From Candidatus Falkowbacteria bacterium (GTDB lineage: Bacteria > Patescibacteriota > Patescibacteriia > Patescibacteriales > WJLG01), in assembly GCA_963747695.1 (NCBI GenBank), contig CAVVFV010000008.1, positions 139,592 through 203,591 of the forward strand: a DNA stretch of 64,000 nucleotides, read 5' to 3'. The notes beneath the pieces were generated by a model. The model was not told the DNA's origin. It did not search any database and saw nothing but the letters and a program-made list of their open reading frames with translations. Of the stretch, positions 61,871-64,000 are shown in pieces. How positions within the stretch are numbered: the first letter of the stretch is position 1; each line of letters starts with the position of its first letter. Made by a program: the position numbers and the translations under genes.

Positions 61871-64000
61871 ATGGAGTTTAACCAAGAACAATTGAATATC
61901 ATCAATAATATTTTTGGTGTTTTTATAATTTCCGCGCCGGTGGGGACAGGAAAGACGACCATTCTGACCGAACGCGTCGCCCGCGCCATCGGATCGGGCA
62001 TCAAGCCGGAAGAAATTTTGTGTTTGACTTTTACCAATCGCGCCGCCGAAGAAATGTCGGAAAGAATTAAAACGAGAATTAATAATAAGAAAATTTACGA
62101 TGAGATCACGGTCAAAACTTTCCACGGCTGGTGCGCTTATTTTATCAAAGCCGAAGCCAAGGCGATCGGCCTGCCCCGCGATTTTGTAATTTTTGAAGAA
62201 GAAGAACAGCGGGAAGTGATGAAGACGATTTTGGAAAAACATCCGGAGATAAGAATTGACGAAGAAAAAGCCAGCCGGGAAATTTCCAATCTGATCGAAA
62301 AAGTCTATGACGCGCGTCTGAACGGGTTGCTAAGAGAGATCGGCGTGACGATCGATGAATTAAAGGCCGATAAGTCAATGGAAGCGATCGGCGCGGAATA
62401 TCATCAGGCGCTGGCCGAACAGAATGCCCTCGATTTCAATGAATTGGTTTTGCTCGCTTTGCGAACTTTATATTTAGATAAAAAAGTCCAAAAAAAATGG
62501 GCGAATAAATATCGCTTTATCCAGTTGGACGAATTCCAGGACACGCATCTGTCGGAATATCTGGTGGTGAAAGAATTAGCTAAAGTTCATCAGAACGTTT
62601 CTTTTATCGGCGATCTGGATCAGACGATCTATACTTGGCGCGGCTCGCAGCCGGTTTTTCTGGCCAAGCTGATCAAAAAACATTTTCCCGCGGTGCAAGA
62701 ATTAAGCCTCACGACTAATTACCGCTTCAATCCGAATATTCTGGCGGCGGTCAAATCTTTCTTATCAAGTTTCGTCAAGCCTTCGACTCAAGAATTAACC
62801 ACGCTGAAAGTTAATGATACGAAAGAAAAAGCAATCAATGTTTTTTCCGCCCATAATTTACGCGAGGAAATTTCCTGGGTGATCGAAGAGATTAAAAATC
62901 TGCGCGCCAAAGAGCCGGAGGCAAAAATCGTGGTGATTTCACGCACTAATAATCTGATCACCAAGACCGCCGATATTTTTGCCGAGCAGGGCGTCGCCCA
63001 TATCACGGTGGATAAATATGAATTTTTCCGCCGCCAAGAAGTCAAAGATGTTTACGCTTATTTGAAAATAATTTTCAATCGCTTCGATCTGGAAGCGGCT
63101 TATCGCTTGGTGAAGCGGCCGCCGCGCAATATCGGCTCGGCGACTTTGAAGACGATCGTCGAAGCGGGCGACAAGATCGGCTTGAAAGTTTCCGACCTTT
63201 TGAATTTTAAGAATTATAAATATCCCGAACCGTTTTTCAATCTGATCAATAAATTCGACCAGGGCCGGCTGATAGTTCTCGATACGGAAACGACCGGCAC
63301 TGATGTTTTGTCCGACGATATCATCCAGATCTTCGCCCAGGAAATAATCAACGGCAAAGTCGAGCGCCGCTTCAGCCGCTATTTGAAAAATGATATTCCG
63401 GTCGGTTTTTCCGAAACGATCCACGGGCTTTCCGACAAGTTCTTAAAAGCTAAAGGCGAAAATCCCAAAAAAGTTTTGCAAGAGCTCGTTGAATTCATCG
63501 GACCGGACGCGGCGATCGGCCACAATGTTAATTTTGATTTGACGATGCTGGCTGAAAACGGCAAGCGGCGCGGAGTTGATTTTGAATTCAAGGAATATTA
63601 TGACACATTGGATCTGGCCAAGCGGGTAGTGGAGTCGCCGAATTATCGCTTGAGCACTTTGGCGGAATTGCTCGGTTTAGCGACAGCCACGCATGACGCG
63701 GAAGATGACGTTTCCGCCACGGTCGGTTTATTGGGCGTTTTAGTGGAACGGCTGCGAAAAGGCGCGCCCGAGCGGGTCAAAGTCTGGCAAGAATATTCGG
63801 TGAAATTCTTGAAACTTTCCGGCGTGATCGATGCCTGGCAAAAAGCGGTTTTGGAAATCCGGCCGCCAGCGGCTTTGGAAAAAGTCTGGGAAGAATCCGG
63901 CCTCAAGGAATTTTACGAGCATGATCCCGAGGCGGTAAAGCGGTTGCAATCGATCGAGGAATTGAAAAAAGTTTTTGCCGAAAAAGATAATCCTGACAAG
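61871..64000 (+). CDS. UvrD/PcrA-type helicase fused to a DEDD (DnaQ-like) 3'-5' exonuclease, 3' end outside window
   Basis: Not in the ORF track because no stop occurs before the window end. MEFNQEQLNIINNIFGVFIISAPVGTGKTT (Walker A) and QLDEFQDT (motif II). The in-frame LIVLDTETTG at 63269..63298 is an Exo I motif. Confidence 0.8.
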   Translation, partial: MEFNQEQLNIINNIFGVFIISAPVGTGKTTILTERVARAIGSGIKPEEILCLTFTNRAAEEMSERIKTRINNKKIYDEITVKTFHGWCAYFIKAEAKAIGLPRDFVIFEEEEQREVMKTILEKHPEIRIDEEKASREISNLIEKVYDARLNGLLREIGVTIDELKADKSMEAIGAEYHQALAEQNALDFNELVLLALRTLYLDKKVQKKWANKYRFIQLDEFQDTHLSEYLVVKELAKVHQNVSFIGDLDQTIYTWRGSQPVFLAKLIKKHFPAVQELSLTTNYRFNPNILAAVKSFLSSFVKPSTQELTTLKVNDTKEKAINVFSAHNLREEISWVIEEIKNLRAKEPEAKIVVISRTNNLITKTADIFAEQGVAHITVDKYEFFRRQEVKDVYAYLKIIFNRFDLEAAYRLVKRPPRNIGSATLKTIVEAGDKIGLKVSDLLNFKNYKYPEPFFNLINKFDQGRLIVLDTETTGTDVLSDDIIQIFAQEIINGKVERRFSRYLKNDIPVGFSETIHGLSDKFLKAKGENPKKVLQELVEFIGPDAAIGHNVNFDLTMLAENGKRRGVDFEFKEYYDTLDLAKRVVESPNYRLSTLAELLGLATATHDAEDDVSATVGLLGVLVERLRKGAPERVKVWQEYSVKFLKLSGVIDAWQKAVLEIRPPAALEKVWEESGLKEFYEHDPEAVKRLQSIEELKKVFAEKDNPDK

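Noticed and set aside
1-64000. Diversity-generating retroelement, retron or other RT-based system; alternative genetic code.
   Set aside because: No ORF with reverse-transcriptase motifs (YxDD context) and no template/variable repeat pair was seen in the surface-protein genes. Long uninterrupted ORFs with normal family motifs under the standard code argue against UGA recoding.

Overview
This 64-kb segment looks like the chromosome of a small-genome Patescibacteria/CPR-like bacterium. That assignment is an inference from gene content; the standard genetic code fits all long ORFs. Most genes are on the plus strand. 

**Gene content by region**
- **3.1-13 kb:** a secreted/surface-protein cluster with one dockerin-bearing Cys-rich protein, three cohesin-like proteins and a Cys-repeat lipoprotein.
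- **13-25 kb:** a membrane protein plus TraD/VirD4/HerA-like ATPase pair, a DUF1361-like protein, a processive GT2 glycosyltransferase, an FtsB-like protein, a tRNA locus, an RlpA/PBP5-type carboxypeptidase, FtsE/FtsX and an MPG glycosylase.
- **25.3-37.5 kb:** a visibly AT-rich element of about 12.25 kb integrated at the 3' end of tRNA-Gln(UUG).
  - It carries a frameshifted large serine recombinase and an XRE/C-protein-like HTH coupled to a 466-aa possible PD-(D/E)xK protein.
  - It also carries a soluble plus 4-TM two-gene cassette, a Type III R-M locus (mod-orf163-res) and a trailing orphan gene.
  - All four att-type junction combinations are present in the window, and a 571-bp segment is duplicated in inverted orientation.
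- **37.8-64 kb:** lipoprotein, cell-wall enzymes, UppP, ECF sigma with a possible anti-sigma partner, a MacA/MacB-like pump, RlmH, Ogt and a SIMPL protein.
  - A minus-strand copper operon (csoR, HMA-TauE-cupredoxin gene, copA) lies here too.
  - The region ends with an IMPase-family protein, a Zn-ribbon protein, an FGGY kinase, a DUF45 peptidase and a partial UvrD-exonuclease fusion.

**Non-genic structure is unusually rich**
- Several intergenic inverted-repeat families are each built from their own short motif.
- Small GC-rich hairpins occur in spacers, in a tRNA pseudogene and in frame inside copA.
- A two-copy non-coding element shows compensatory stem changes.
- An intact tRNA-Thr is nested inside an interrupted Thr-like tRNA gene.

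No rRNA, CRISPR array or reverse transcriptase was seen. All functional calls rest on motif recognition by eye; no database search was run.
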